From Ignavibacteriota bacterium (GTDB lineage Bacteria > Bacteroidota > Ignavibacteria > UBA10030 > CAVZMI01): 64,000 bases of DNA. The stretch's first letter is position 1. The number at the start of each line of letters is the position of its first letter. Positions 47,539 to 57,308 of the stretch are shown piece by piece. The notes below the pieces were generated by a model, which was given only the letters and a program-made list of their open reading frames with translations, had not been told where the DNA came from and did not search any database. Both the position numbers and the translations under genes were made by a program. The stretch spans positions 32,001 to 96,000 of the forward strand of contig CAVZMI010000018.1 in NCBI GenBank assembly GCA_963776275.1, written 5' to 3'.

Positions 47539-50500
47539 ATGAAGAACCAGAATATCCTTACCGTTGTCGCTTTGGCATTTATCATTTCTGGAATTTGTGG
47601 ATTGATTTATGAGGTTGTGTGGGCAAAGTATCTTGCGTTGTTTATCGGGAATACAACATATGCACATACCGTTGTGTTGGCCACATTCATGGGGGGATTG
47701 GCTGCGGGAGCGTATTTCTGGGGGAAAAGATCTGATATCACTTTGTCACGGCTACGGTTGTATGGTTTTCTTGAAGTAGTCATCGGTCTTTATTGTTTCT
47801 TTTATCCTCCGTTTCTTCGTTTGCTCGAAAAGACATACATCGCCATTGTCGCAGGTGTCGATGCTCCATCCGACGGAATACTGGTGCTATCGTTGAAACT
47901 GGGTGTGAGTGTAGTATCGCTGTTCCTCCCGACTTTTTTAATGGGCGGGACTCTGCCGGTTCTGGCGCGTTTTGTCACGAAAAAGATCGATGAAACGGGG
48001 AAAGAGGTCGGCATTCTATATTTCCTCAACAGCTTTGGAGCGGTCGTGGGTTCTTTTTTTGCCGGCTTTTTTCTTATCGAAGCGTTTGGATTGAGCAATA
48101 CCGTCTATATCGCGGCAATCATGAATTGTATCATTGGCTCCGGAATGATCGTTCTTTCATATTTCTGGAAGGAAGAAGAGCAGCTGCCGGAAGCAGCGCC
48201 GGTCGAGACAGCGGTCGAAGGGAATGTAGAGCCGGCTTATATTTTTTCATCGCGAGAGATACGAATAGCGCTGCTGACGGCGGCTCTTTCGGGTTTTGCT
48301 GCCATGGTCTACGAGTTGACTTGGATTCGATTACTCACGCTGATCCTCGGTTCATCGGTATATTCATTTTCATTGATGCTGATGGCCTTTATTTCCGGAA
48401 TCACGATCGGAAGCTATATCGTATCAAAGATCGTTCAGCGCCTGAAAAACCTCTATACATTTTTGGGGATCTGTGAGCTTGCCGTCGGTATCTCGATGCT
48501 GCTTGTTCTTCCGCTTTATCAGCGCCTGCCGTATTACTTCTGGGTTATCGGGGACATGGTGAGTCGAACGACAGAAGGCTATTATTTTTTTGTTATTATT
48601 GAGTATGTATTTTGTTTTCTTCTTATGCTTCTGCCGACGGTCTTTCTTGGAATGGCATTGCCTCTCATCAGCCGGATCGTTGCAACAGATATTCGATGGA
48701 TAGGAAAATCAGTCGGAAGTGTTTTTTCGATAAACACCCTGGGGACGGTTTTCGGTTCACTATTGACGGGATTACTTTTCATTCCGTGGATCGGTGTGCA
48801 CCGATCGATTCAATTGGGAATAGCCATCAGTCTTCTGCTGGCGACAATCATTCTGCTGACAAGTCGGGAGAAAAATTTCAAGCGATGGATACTCGCTCTT
48901 AGCGGTTGGACACTGCTGCTGGTGTACGGAATTATCGCTCCAGCATGGAGTAACCAGGCACTCAGTGTCGGGGTATTCCGTGAACGACTTCATTCACCCG
49001 CGCCGTCGTCGTATAAAGAGTTTGTCGAGAAGTACCAAAATACGAAAATACAGTACTATAAGGAAGGTGTTCATGCGACAGTCGTCGTGACAGGTGAAGA
49101 ACCCAGCCTTTCGCTTGTCATAAATGGGAAAGTCGATGCGAGCTCACGGGGTGATCTTGGCACACAATTAATTTCCGGTCATATAGCGGCGGTTCTCTCC
49201 ACCAAATTCGATTCAGTTCTTGTCATCGGTTTAGGAAGCGGTATTACAGTCGGGGCCGTTACCCGTCATCCGGTTCGTCATGTCGATGTGATCGAGATAT
49301 CCCCGGAGGTGAAAGAAGCTGAAGCACTATTTCATAAACATGATTATAATGTATTGTCTGATCCTCGCGTAAAATTGACCATAGAAGACGCAGTAACGTT
49401 TCTGAAAACTTCAAAGAATAGATACGATGCTATCATCAGTGAGCCATCGAATCCCTGGATTGCAGGAATCGGCAATCTATTTACCAAAGAATTTTTCGAG
49501 CTATCGAAACAGCGGTTATCATCTTCCGGATTGATGGTTCAATGGATTCATCTCTATGAACTGGATAATGAATTATTCGGACTCGTCCTGCGCACTTTTA
49601 CACGGGTGTTTCCTTATGTCAGTATCTGGATGACAATGCGAAATGACGTTATTCTGATCGGTTCTATGTCTCCTGTCCAACGAGATTTCAACGAGATGGA
49701 GCGTATTATCGAACAGCCGTTGGTGGCTCGGGATCTCGCCAGAGTTCAAATTCATCATCTACTCACTTTACTATCCACACAGATGATCGCTCCGTCTATG
49801 AGCAAGACAATCTATCCATTCGGAGCATCCAATACGGAAGAATATCCTTACCTTGAATATATGGCTCCGCGTGCATTCTTCATGAATAAGATTGCCGATG
49901 TGTGTTATAATTTTGATGCACGATATCAATCTGCGGATACAACACTATATATCAATAAGTACTTGTCTTCTCACAGATGTCTTCCAGAGGAATACCGTGA
50001 GCTGGGTTTTTTTTGCAGCGGACCTTATCGGTTGGAATATCGACTGGCAGAACATGCATTCGAGAAATACCTGGAATTGGATAAGGAAGATATTGAGGCG
50101 TCTTTGATGTATGCGAGCGTCCTTGAACAATTGGGAAAAAGCGAGCAAAGTAGGTCGGTATTGAAACAAATAATCGGTCGACCTTTTTCAAAATTTAATT
50201 CGATTATATCCTATGCGAGAATGATATATCAAAAGCTCGAAGAACAATCGTCGTTTCTGGTGCAGACCGATCCCTCGGAACTTGAGAAATTGATTACCGA
50301 AGGACAAGCCGTTGGAAAAGACAGTACACAGGGTTTCTTGGTCTTACAGGCACTGCTGGATTATCATGAAGGTCATTATCGGGAAGCATTGAAGGGATTT
50401 CGAGCAATCATGAGTTACCGCGAGGAAAAAAATTTGGATGATCCATTATTAAATGATGAGCGAATGCTTGCATATGCAGCGATGGCTGCAGTGGAGTCAG

Positions 50501-50628
50501 ACAACGATGTCTTAGCTCTTATCTATGCCAACCAGGCGCTTGAGATCAACCCGCGGAATGCGCTGGCAATGAGCGTCTTTTATAAAGTAAGACAAAGAGT
50601 GGTACGACCCGTGGCACCGGCACCGTAG
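47539..50628 (+). CDS. Fused MFS-like membrane domain / spermidine synthase-like domain with C-terminal TPR
   Basis: SG..GLIYEVVW, many TM helices, NGKVDAS, VLVIGLGSGIT, IISEPSNPWIAG.GNLFT.EFF. Confidence 0.85.
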   Translation: MKNQNILTVVALAFIISGICGLIYEVVWAKYLALFIGNTTYAHTVVLATFMGGLAAGAYFWGKRSDITLSRLRLYGFLEVVIGLYCFFYPPFLRLLEKTYIAIVAGVDAPSDGILVLSLKLGVSVVSLFLPTFLMGGTLPVLARFVTKKIDETGKEVGILYFLNSFGAVVGSFFAGFFLIEAFGLSNTVYIAAIMNCIIGSGMIVLSYFWKEEEQLPEAAPVETAVEGNVEPAYIFSSREIRIALLTAALSGFAAMVYELTWIRLLTLILGSSVYSFSLMLMAFISGITIGSYIVSKIVQRLKNLYTFLGICELAVGISMLLVLPLYQRLPYYFWVIGDMVSRTTEGYYFFVIIEYVFCFLLMLLPTVFLGMALPLISRIVATDIRWIGKSVGSVFSINTLGTVFGSLLTGLLFIPWIGVHRSIQLGIAISLLLATIILLTSREKNFKRWILALSGWTLLLVYGIIAPAWSNQALSVGVFRERLHSPAPSSYKEFVEKYQNTKIQYYKEGVHATVVVTGEEPSLSLVINGKVDASSRGDLGTQLISGHIAAVLSTKFDSVLVIGLGSGITVGAVTRHPVRHVDVIEISPEVKEAEALFHKHDYNVLSDPRVKLTIEDAVTFLKTSKNRYDAIISEPSNPWIAGIGNLFTKEFFELSKQRLSSSGLMVQWIHLYELDNELFGLVLRTFTRVFPYVSIWMTMRNDVILIGSMSPVQRDFNEMERIIEQPLVARDLARVQIHHLLTLLSTQMIAPSMSKTIYPFGASNTEEYPYLEYMAPRAFFMNKIADVCYNFDARYQSADTTLYINKYLSSHRCLPEEYRELGFFCSGPYRLEYRLAEHAFEKYLELDKEDIEASLMYASVLEQLGKSEQSRSVLKQIIGRPFSKFNSIISYARMIYQKLEEQSSFLVQTDPSELEKLITEGQAVGKDSTQGFLVLQALLDYHEGHYREALKGFRAIMSYREEKNLDDPLLNDERMLAYAAMAAVESDNDVLALIYANQALEINPRNALAMSVFYKVRQRVVRPVAPAP

Positions 50629-50651
50629 GAGGGTGCACGAAAGGAAAACAC

Positions 50652-51398
50652 ACGATACGGATACATTGTATTATCTGTGGCATTATTTTCCTCATTCCGG
50701 GGAAGGAACTCTGCGCACAAGAGATTCGCATCATTGATCGTTCAACGCGCGCCGATTCGCTGTTGCTCTATGAGCCGGATTGCTCTATTCTTCGATCTGT
50801 CGCCGAGTGGATACTTCCTGAAAGCGTGTCCGGCATACTTGCGATGAAGGAATTTATCCGGTGGGATGCTTTTCAATCGTTTCGTCGCGACTCCGGGGAT
50901 CGACAGGCGGTGGATCTGATTTTTCAGAAAGGACTTCAGATCGCCCGGGGAGATATTGACGCAGCTTTGTTTCTGTGTTTCGTTGGGACTACAGACCATG
51001 CAAAAGTCGGAGTTCACATGCCATTATTCGGATTTGTGGTAGTTATTCCTCTGACGACTGAGTCGGATCAATATTTTCAAAAACGTCTTGATCATATGCC
51101 CTCACATTTCTACCCCGACAGTCCCAAATGGAAATCTGGCGATAAGGATAAACTCCAGCATTTTTTTGGATCAGCCTTTCTTGCCTATCTCACCGGGAGT
51201 GGAGCATACACGAAGACGCTTGGCGATTGGACCGAGGTGCTGGAACAGCGTTACATTGTCGATGGACTTGACGATCCGCGTGATCGTCGAGCGAACAATC
51301 AGGGAGTCCAATTTGGAAAGATGTTGTTCGACGGGATGAAGGTCCTTCCAAGCGACGTTCTTGTCGATTCTGTAAAAATTCGAGAAATGGAAAAATAG
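50652..51398 (+). CDS. Hypothetical, probably secreted protein; start uncertain
   Basis: Frame is open upstream of TTG 50763 and encodes a signal-like IHCIICGIIFLIPGKELCAQ; DKLQHFFGSAF and DPRD..AN..G..FG motifs. Confidence 0.55.
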   Translation, partial: TIRIHCIICGIIFLIPGKELCAQEIRIIDRSTRADSLLLYEPDCSILRSVAEWILPESVSGILAMKEFIRWDAFQSFRRDSGDRQAVDLIFQKGLQIARGDIDAALFLCFVGTTDHAKVGVHMPLFGFVVVIPLTTESDQYFQKRLDHMPSHFYPDSPKWKSGDKDKLQHFFGSAFLAYLTGSGAYTKTLGDWTEVLEQRYIVDGLDDPRDRRANNQGVQFGKMLFDGMKVLPSDVLVDSVKIREMEK

Positions 51399-51421
51399 AT
51401 TTATCATGAAGGCCTACAGCA

Positions 51422-52777
51422 ATGAAAACCATTCTTGTTGTTGATGACGAGCGCAGTATTCAGGAATCGCTTACGATGATTTTGGAATACGAAAAATTTA
51501 CAGTTGAGTGTGCATCGTCGGGTTCCGAAGCGCTGGAGAAATTACAATCAAATGGATACGCCGTTGTCCTCCTCGATGTTAAAATGCCGGGGATGGATGG
51601 TCTGGAAACTCTCGATAAAATCCGTCAGCTCAATCCGGATCTTCCGGTCGTAATGATTTCCGGGCATGGTACTATTGAGACCGCCGTAGAAGCGACAAAG
51701 CGGGGCGCATTTGATTTTCTTCAGAAGCCTCTCGATCGGGATAAAGTCCTGGTAACTATCCGGAATTCTATTGAACGGACTCTCCTTGTCAAGAATTATA
51801 AACAAATCAAGGAAACACTCGAAGGACGGGATACCATTATAGGGAAGAGCAAAGTCATGATGGATATTCTTGCCCTGATCGAGCGGGTTGCTCCCACCGA
51901 TTCCCGCGTCCTAATCACCGGAGATAACGGGACAGGAAAAGAACTGGTCGCGAAAGCGATTCACAGGTTCAGCCGCCGCGTACGGAAGCCGCTGATCGAG
52001 GTCAACTGTGCTGCGATTCCGACTGAGCTTATCGAGTCCGAACTCTTCGGTCATGAGAAGGGTTCGTTTACCGGTGCAACTACACAGCGCATCGGAAAAT
52101 TTGAACAGGCGGATGAGGGAACAATATTCCTTGATGAAGTCGGTGATATGAGTCTGCCGGCTCAGGCAAAAGTACTCCGGGCGCTTGAGGAGGGGAAAAT
52201 CGAACGGGTGGGAGGGAATAGAACGATATCGGTCGATGTACGGATCATCGCAGCAACAAATAAGAACCTTAAGGAAGAAATTGCAAAGGGACAATTCCGC
52301 GAGGATCTTTATCATCGTTTAAATGTCATCCCGATGCACGTTCCTGCGCTCCGCGAACACAGAGAAGATATACCTCTGCTTGTAAAGCATTTTGTCGACG
52401 ATATTTGTTCTAGAAACGGTATGCCGGCAAAACAGGTGGAACACGATGTATTGAAAGTTCTTGAATCGATGGAGTGGGGCGGGAATGTCCGGGAACTTCG
52501 AAATATGGTCGAACGTCTGGTCATTATGTCGCCCGGGAATCGGATTGATGTGCAATTGATTCAGCCGTCTCCCGCTGCGATAAAAGGTGAATTTGACGCA
52601 ATGCTTACTACAAGTACAACATTTCAGGAATTTAAGGATGAGGCAGAGAAGCTGTTCATCAGACGCCAGCTCGAGCTTCATCAGTGGAATATTACAAAGA
52701 CCGCCGAGGCACTCGATATACAGCGTAGTCATCTCTATACGAAAATGAAGCGGTACGGATTGATGAAGGAGGAATAG
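51422..52777 (+). CDS. Sigma54-type response regulator (NtrX/NtrC family)
   Basis: Receiver (MISGHG.IETAV.AT); GDNGTGKE, ESELFGHEKGSFTGA, FREDLYHRLNV, GNVREL, HTH. Confidence 0.93.
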   Translation: MKTILVVDDERSIQESLTMILEYEKFTVECASSGSEALEKLQSNGYAVVLLDVKMPGMDGLETLDKIRQLNPDLPVVMISGHGTIETAVEATKRGAFDFLQKPLDRDKVLVTIRNSIERTLLVKNYKQIKETLEGRDTIIGKSKVMMDILALIERVAPTDSRVLITGDNGTGKELVAKAIHRFSRRVRKPLIEVNCAAIPTELIESELFGHEKGSFTGATTQRIGKFEQADEGTIFLDEVGDMSLPAQAKVLRALEEGKIERVGGNRTISVDVRIIAATNKNLKEEIAKGQFREDLYHRLNVIPMHVPALREHREDIPLLVKHFVDDICSRNGMPAKQVEHDVLKVLESMEWGGNVRELRNMVERLVIMSPGNRIDVQLIQPSPAAIKGEFDAMLTTSTTFQEFKDEAEKLFIRRQLELHQWNITKTAEALDIQRSHLYTKMKRYGLMKEE

Positions 52778-52786
52778 CAAAGAAGA

Positions 52787-52866
52787 GAATTGTGAATTTC
52801 GAATTGCGACCTGTCCGCCGGATCCCGACCCCGACGAAATCAGGGGGAGAAGGCGGAATTGTGAAT
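52787..52866. repeat. Heptamer repeats (GAATTGT/GAATTTC/GAATTGC) interrupted by a nested palindrome TCCGCC...CCCCGACGAAATCAGGGG...GGCGGA
   Basis: Read directly; intergenic between convergent genes. Confidence 0.55.
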
Positions 52867-53070
52867 GGAGAGGAAAGTCTTTTAAGGGAAACCATGAATA
52901 GTAAAACTACGGAAAGAGTTAAATCCACAGTCGCAGTACGAGTAATGGTGAATCAAAGATCCGAGTACAGTTGATCTATTGTATATTGTAACTGTAAGAT
53001 TAATAATACATGACCGACGATCGGTAAGTCCTCGATATAAGAAGCATCGTTTTTTCCCGCAGTAATCGGT

Positions 53071-53577
53071 TCAGGGATAGAAGTGCAGTCCGATACCCGC
53101 CTCGAAGGCCGAACCGAAATTCGGCGTCACACCGACAAGAAGTCCGAGCTCGAAAAAGAATTCAAGGGGAACGGTGTGCGGTTCGTACGTGAGTCCTGCC
53201 AGTCCGCGAGCCCCAAGGCCGATCCCTTCGTTTGACCGGTAATAGAAATCCCCTGAATTGTATCTCCAGAATATACCATGGCCATTCCCGAAACCGATCG
53301 TTCCACCAAGTCCGGCGTAGAAATGAACGATATTTGACTGTCTGACCGGATAATGCCAGAGATAATCGATCCCGATTCGTGGTGAGCCGAAATACGATCC
53401 TCCGATGTATCCGTCGAATGCAGTGCGCTGTGTCGTCCAGTATTTGACCGTGAAGCCCGAGGGATCTCCAAGTTCCAGACCGATCCCTAACGGTCCCTTT
53501 GATTCACTCGCCAGTGCCAAAGGCGAGAATGTGAAGATAAAAAGCATTGTAGAGAGAACGAGTATCGATTTCTTCAT
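53071..53577 (-). CDS. Small outer-membrane beta-barrel-like protein
   Basis: Signal peptide; GIGLELGDPSG.TVKYW; alternating Gly/aromatic strands; PLEFFFE; ends GIGLHFYP. Confidence 0.7.
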   Translation of the reverse strand: MKKSILVLSTMLFIFTFSPLALASESKGPLGIGLELGDPSGFTVKYWTTQRTAFDGYIGGSYFGSPRIGIDYLWHYPVRQSNIVHFYAGLGGTIGFGNGHGIFWRYNSGDFYYRSNEGIGLGARGLAGLTYEPHTVPLEFFFELGLLVGVTPNFGSAFEAGIGLHFYP

Positions 53578-53702
53578 CGGATTACCTATAATTTTGAGTG
53601 GGAAAATTGTTGGCGCACCATTTGGTGCGCATGGAAAAGAATCTAAGGTTATTTATTCATACGCGTGCCCGGCGCCAACGTCTGCGACTTCCATTAAAGC
53701 TT

Positions 53703-54452
53703 TCACGCTCTTTGAGCGGCTTTACGATTTCTTACCACCTCGTACATCACCAATGCCGCGGCGACCGAGGCATTAAGCGATTGAATTTTTCCGAACATAG
53801 GGATTCTAATTAAAAAATCACACTTCTCTTTCACGAGCCGCCGCATTCCGCTCCCTTCACTGCCAATGATAAGTGCAAGAGGTATCGAATAATCGAACTG
53901 GTCGTATGATTTCCCTCCATCCATGTCCGTCCCGATCATCCAGAGGCCCGCTTCCTTGAGCTGCTCCATCGTCGATACGAGGTTTGTCACTTTTGCGATC
54001 GCCATATGTTCGGTCGCGCCTGCCGACGCTTTGCTGACCGTTCGATTGACCGATGCCGCATGATGCTTTGGGATAATAACGCCATGTACACCGGCACATT
54101 CTGCGGTACGAATCATCGCGCCGAGATTCTGAGGGTCTTCAATCTCATCGAGGATAAGAAGAAAAGGCTTTTGCTTGAGTTCGCGCGCAATCGCCAGCAG
54201 ATCTTCGATTTCTGAATATTTTTTTGTGCCTAATAACGCGACTACACCCTGTGCATCCGCCTCGCCTGCGAAATCACGGAATTTTTGTTTATCGGTTTCG
54301 ACACACGGAATATTCTTTTCCCGCGCTATCGCTCGTATTTTTTCGATCACATTACCCTTCACACCAAAAAGAATCATGATCTTTTCAATGGACGCACCCG
54401 CCTTGAGCGCTTCCATAACAGGATTTCGACCGGCAATAAGGTGACTGCTCAT
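53703..54452 (-). CDS. rlmB: 23S rRNA Gm2251 methyltransferase
   Basis: GRNPV.EAL, LDEIEDPQNLGA..RTAE, KASAGA, GSEGSG, SLNASVAA. Confidence 0.93.
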   Translation of the reverse strand: MSSHLIAGRNPVMEALKAGASIEKIMILFGVKGNVIEKIRAIAREKNIPCVETDKQKFRDFAGEADAQGVVALLGTKKYSEIEDLLAIARELKQKPFLLILDEIEDPQNLGAMIRTAECAGVHGVIIPKHHAASVNRTVSKASAGATEHMAIAKVTNLVSTMEQLKEAGLWMIGTDMDGGKSYDQFDYSIPLALIIGSEGSGMRRLVKEKCDFLIRIPMFGKIQSLNASVAAALVMYEVVRNRKAAQRA

Positions 54453-54477
54453 AAAAAGTCCGGATAGATATTGGTAT

Positions 54478-55296
54478 TCAAGTAAGTGCTTTCGTCCGTG
54501 AAATAATTCTCTTCATTCCATAGAGACCGATGGCGATGAGAACCAGAGCGACCACTTGCGCCTCGGAGAGTCCGAAAAGAAATGGGGGATTGATGCGGAT
54601 GAACTCAATCGTGAATCTCTCAACCCCGGAAAGAATGAGGTACCACATGAATAAGGTGCCGTCAGGAGTTTTTTGCTTTCGTATTCGCCATAAAACTGCA
54701 AAAATAAGTGCACAGAGAATGAACTCATATACCGGCGTTGGATGGAGTGGTGTATTATCCGGAACGATACCGTTGGGAAAATTACGTGCAATTTCAGGCA
54801 CATCCCTGAATGCAATTGATGGGGGATATGTACCATGCTCGTAGTTTGTACCCCATGGAAGCGATGTCGGAATTCCATAATCCCCGTCGCCGGCTAGATG
54901 GCATCCGATGCGGGCAATACCGTATCCCAGGATGAGAGCCGGTGCGGTTGCATCGCATATTTTTGAAAACGGGATTTTTTTCTTCCTTATGTAAAGGTAA
55001 ATGCATCCGGTGGCGAGGAGAAATCCGCCGTACCAGGTAAGTCCTGATGCCGAAAATGTAAATTCGACCGGTGCCCGAAGAAAATCCTGCCAGTTTTCAA
55101 ATAAGAAAAGGATTTTTGATCCGGCAATCCCGGCCACGAGGGCGATCAATGTGATTGAATTTCCAAGATCGGGATCGAGCTTTTTTCTTTTAAGCTCTTT
55201 CGTCAGGATGATGCTTGCCACAATAAAAGCAATACCCATCATCAGGCCGAAACCGTAGATCGTAAAAGGGCCGATTGTAACAATCCTTGGGTACAT
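54478..55296 (-). CDS. lgt: Prolipoprotein diacylglyceryl transferase
   Basis: GLTWYGG, GYGIARIGC.LAGDGDYG, HPTPVYE, RF.IEFIR. Confidence 0.9.
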   Translation of the reverse strand: MYPRIVTIGPFTIYGFGLMMGIAFIVASIILTKELKRKKLDPDLGNSITLIALVAGIAGSKILFLFENWQDFLRAPVEFTFSASGLTWYGGFLLATGCIYLYIRKKKIPFSKICDATAPALILGYGIARIGCHLAGDGDYGIPTSLPWGTNYEHGTYPPSIAFRDVPEIARNFPNGIVPDNTPLHPTPVYEFILCALIFAVLWRIRKQKTPDGTLFMWYLILSGVERFTIEFIRINPPFLFGLSEAQVVALVLIAIGLYGMKRIISRTKALT

Positions 55297-55304
55297 AAGA
55301 ATTT

Positions 55305-55742
55305 CTATTGGTTAATAACCGGTCGGTACGTGTGAATCGATTTCCACTCTTCAGGATTGGTAAAAACAGTGATAAATTTTCCTGCCGGATGAAATTTTAC
55401 AGTAACACCCTTCTTTGTAATCTTCACCGAAAAATGATTCTCAGCTCCATCGAGTTTAGAAACGACGACGTTGTAGCTTCCATGGAGATCGTCGAGCTCA
55501 ATGTGTTTTCGTGCCGATCCGAATGCAGGCATGGTCACTTCAGGAGTTTGCAATCCGAGAATATCCAGTCGAATTGTTTTATTCTTGACGGTTTCCTTGA
55601 GAACGATTGAATACCTGAACGTGCTGAATTCTTTTATTGTCTCCAGAAGAAAAAGAGTTGTCTCTTTTTTCCGCATCTCGTTATAATATGGAGAGATGAA
55701 GAGCCTGTATTCAATTGTTATCTTTTTTTTCTTTGCAGGCAT
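55305..55742 (-). CDS. Hypothetical protein
   Basis: 145-aa ORF tightly packed and co-oriented between hisS and lgt. Confidence 0.6.
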   Translation of the reverse strand: MPAKKKKITIEYRLFISPYYNEMRKKETTLFLLETIKEFSTFRYSIVLKETVKNKTIRLDILGLQTPEVTMPAFGSARKHIELDDLHGSYNVVVSKLDGAENHFSVKITKKGVTVKFHPAGKFITVFTNPEEWKSIHTYRPVINQ

Positions 55743-55753
55743 GGGATGCTATT

Positions 55754-57019
55754 TTATGAAGACACACGTGTCTTGATAACTGCCGTAAGGTCGGCGATAT
55801 TGATTTCCTCTTCACTTCCCTCCCGCATATTCTTCAGTTTTCCGCGTTGGGTTTCCAATTCGTCCGATCCAACAACTAGCACGTAACGCGCATGCTGTCG
55901 GTCTGCTTCGCGCATTTGCGCTTTCACGCTCCGGTGAAGGTAATCGGTTTCACAACTGATGCCGAGCTTTCGGAGCCCATCGATGGCTTTCATTCCCCAC
56001 AGCCGGGCGTGATCGTCAAGAGTAACTATGAAGAGTGAAAGAGGACGGTCGCCGCCGAAAGAAAGTTTCTGCTTATCCATTACCATCAGGATACGTTCGA
56101 TGCCGGCAGCGAAGCCGACACCGGGAGTCCGTTTTCCTCCGATTTGTTCTGTAAGGAGATCGTACCTGCCGCCGCCGGCGAGTGCATCCTGGGAACCGAG
56201 ATCGGGACTGAGCAGCTCAAATGCCGTTTTTGTATAATAATCCAGACCGCGCACGATCCTTCCATCCACCTCATATTCGATTTCGAGATTGGTCAGATGA
56301 TGTTGGAGCGACCGGAAATGTTCCGCACATTCCAGACAGAGGTGGTCTTTCATCAGCGGTGCATCGGCTGTCAGCTTCTGATCATTCTCGTTCTTCGAAT
56401 CCAGAATGCGCAGTGGATTCTGATCGAACCGATTCTGGCTTTCTGAAGAGAGGCGTTCAAAGACCCGTGTAAGATGATTTTTCAGAACCGTTCGATACAG
56501 CGGCCTGCACACCTCGCATCCGACGGAATTGATTTTCAGGATGGACTTCGGGATGCCGATTCTTCTGTACAACTCAACGGCCAATCCGATGACTTCAGCA
56601 TCGAGAGCAGCATCCTGTGCACCGACGGCCTCTATGCCGAATTGATGAAATTGGCGGAACCTCCCGGCCTGAGGCCTTTCCTGCCGGAAAATTGGTGCAA
56701 TGTAGTACAGCTTGGTGAGCGGTTGCTGCTCGCCGATGTTATGCTGGATGTATGCCCGAAGAACGCCGGCCGTCATTTCCGGTCGTAGTGTCAGGCTGTC
56801 TCCGCTCCGGTCGGTGAATGTGTACATTTCTTTGCTGACAATATCGGTGAGATCGCCGATACCGCGGGCGAAAAGTGCGGTCTCTTCGAAAACCGGAGTT
56901 CGAATCTCTTTGTAATTATAAGCGTGTGTAAGTTGACGGAGCACGTCTTCAACATATTGCCACTTTGGTACATCCTCCGGTAGGATGTCTTTTGTACCCT
57001 TTATTGATCGAAAAGCCAC
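55754..57019 (-). CDS. hisS: Histidine--tRNA ligase
   Basis: KGTKDILP, TDIVSKEMYTF, LRPEMTA, FRQERPQAGRFRQFHQ, VRGLDYY, GGRYD, GFAAGIER. Confidence 0.98.
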   Translation of the reverse strand: MAFRSIKGTKDILPEDVPKWQYVEDVLRQLTHAYNYKEIRTPVFEETALFARGIGDLTDIVSKEMYTFTDRSGDSLTLRPEMTAGVLRAYIQHNIGEQQPLTKLYYIAPIFRQERPQAGRFRQFHQFGIEAVGAQDAALDAEVIGLAVELYRRIGIPKSILKINSVGCEVCRPLYRTVLKNHLTRVFERLSSESQNRFDQNPLRILDSKNENDQKLTADAPLMKDHLCLECAEHFRSLQHHLTNLEIEYEVDGRIVRGLDYYTKTAFELLSPDLGSQDALAGGGRYDLLTEQIGGKRTPGVGFAAGIERILMVMDKQKLSFGGDRPLSLFIVTLDDHARLWGMKAIDGLRKLGISCETDYLHRSVKAQMREADRQHARYVLVVGSDELETQRGKLKNMREGSEEEINIADLTAVIKTRVSS

Positions 57020-57069
57020 AGAAGTCTTAAAGTAGTGGTGAAAAGAGCGTTATCTAATTAAAAAGGAAA

Positions 57070-57176
57070 TCCTTCGGCTCGGTCGCTACGCTCCCTCGCT
57101 CAGGACAAGAATTAAACCCTTCGACTCTCCACCTACGCTCTGCTGGTGCGGAGGTTCGGCGGATCGCTCAGGGCGA
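57070..57176. repeat. Two tandem REP-like elements CCTTCG(G/A)CTC...CGCTCAGG, each with an internal insert
   Basis: TCCTTCGGCTC[GGTCGCTACGCTCCCT]CGCTCAGGAC and CCCTTCGACTC[TCCACCTACGCT...TTCGGCGGA]TCGCTCAGGGC, flanked by AATTAAA motifs. Confidence 0.6.
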
Positions 57177-57308
57177 GAAATTAAAAAATGACTTAATTTA
57201 TAATACGATTAATTATCCTTTTTTCCTTTTTAATTTTTACTTTTTCCTTAGAAGAAGGCAGTTATACTTTTTTCTATTGCCATTTAAAATGGTCAGGATC
57301 GATATCCA

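Noticed and set aside
53614-53631. Palindrome GCGCACC-ATTT-GGTGCGC upstream of the beta-barrel gene
   Set aside because: Single short hairpin; cannot distinguish operator, terminator or chance.
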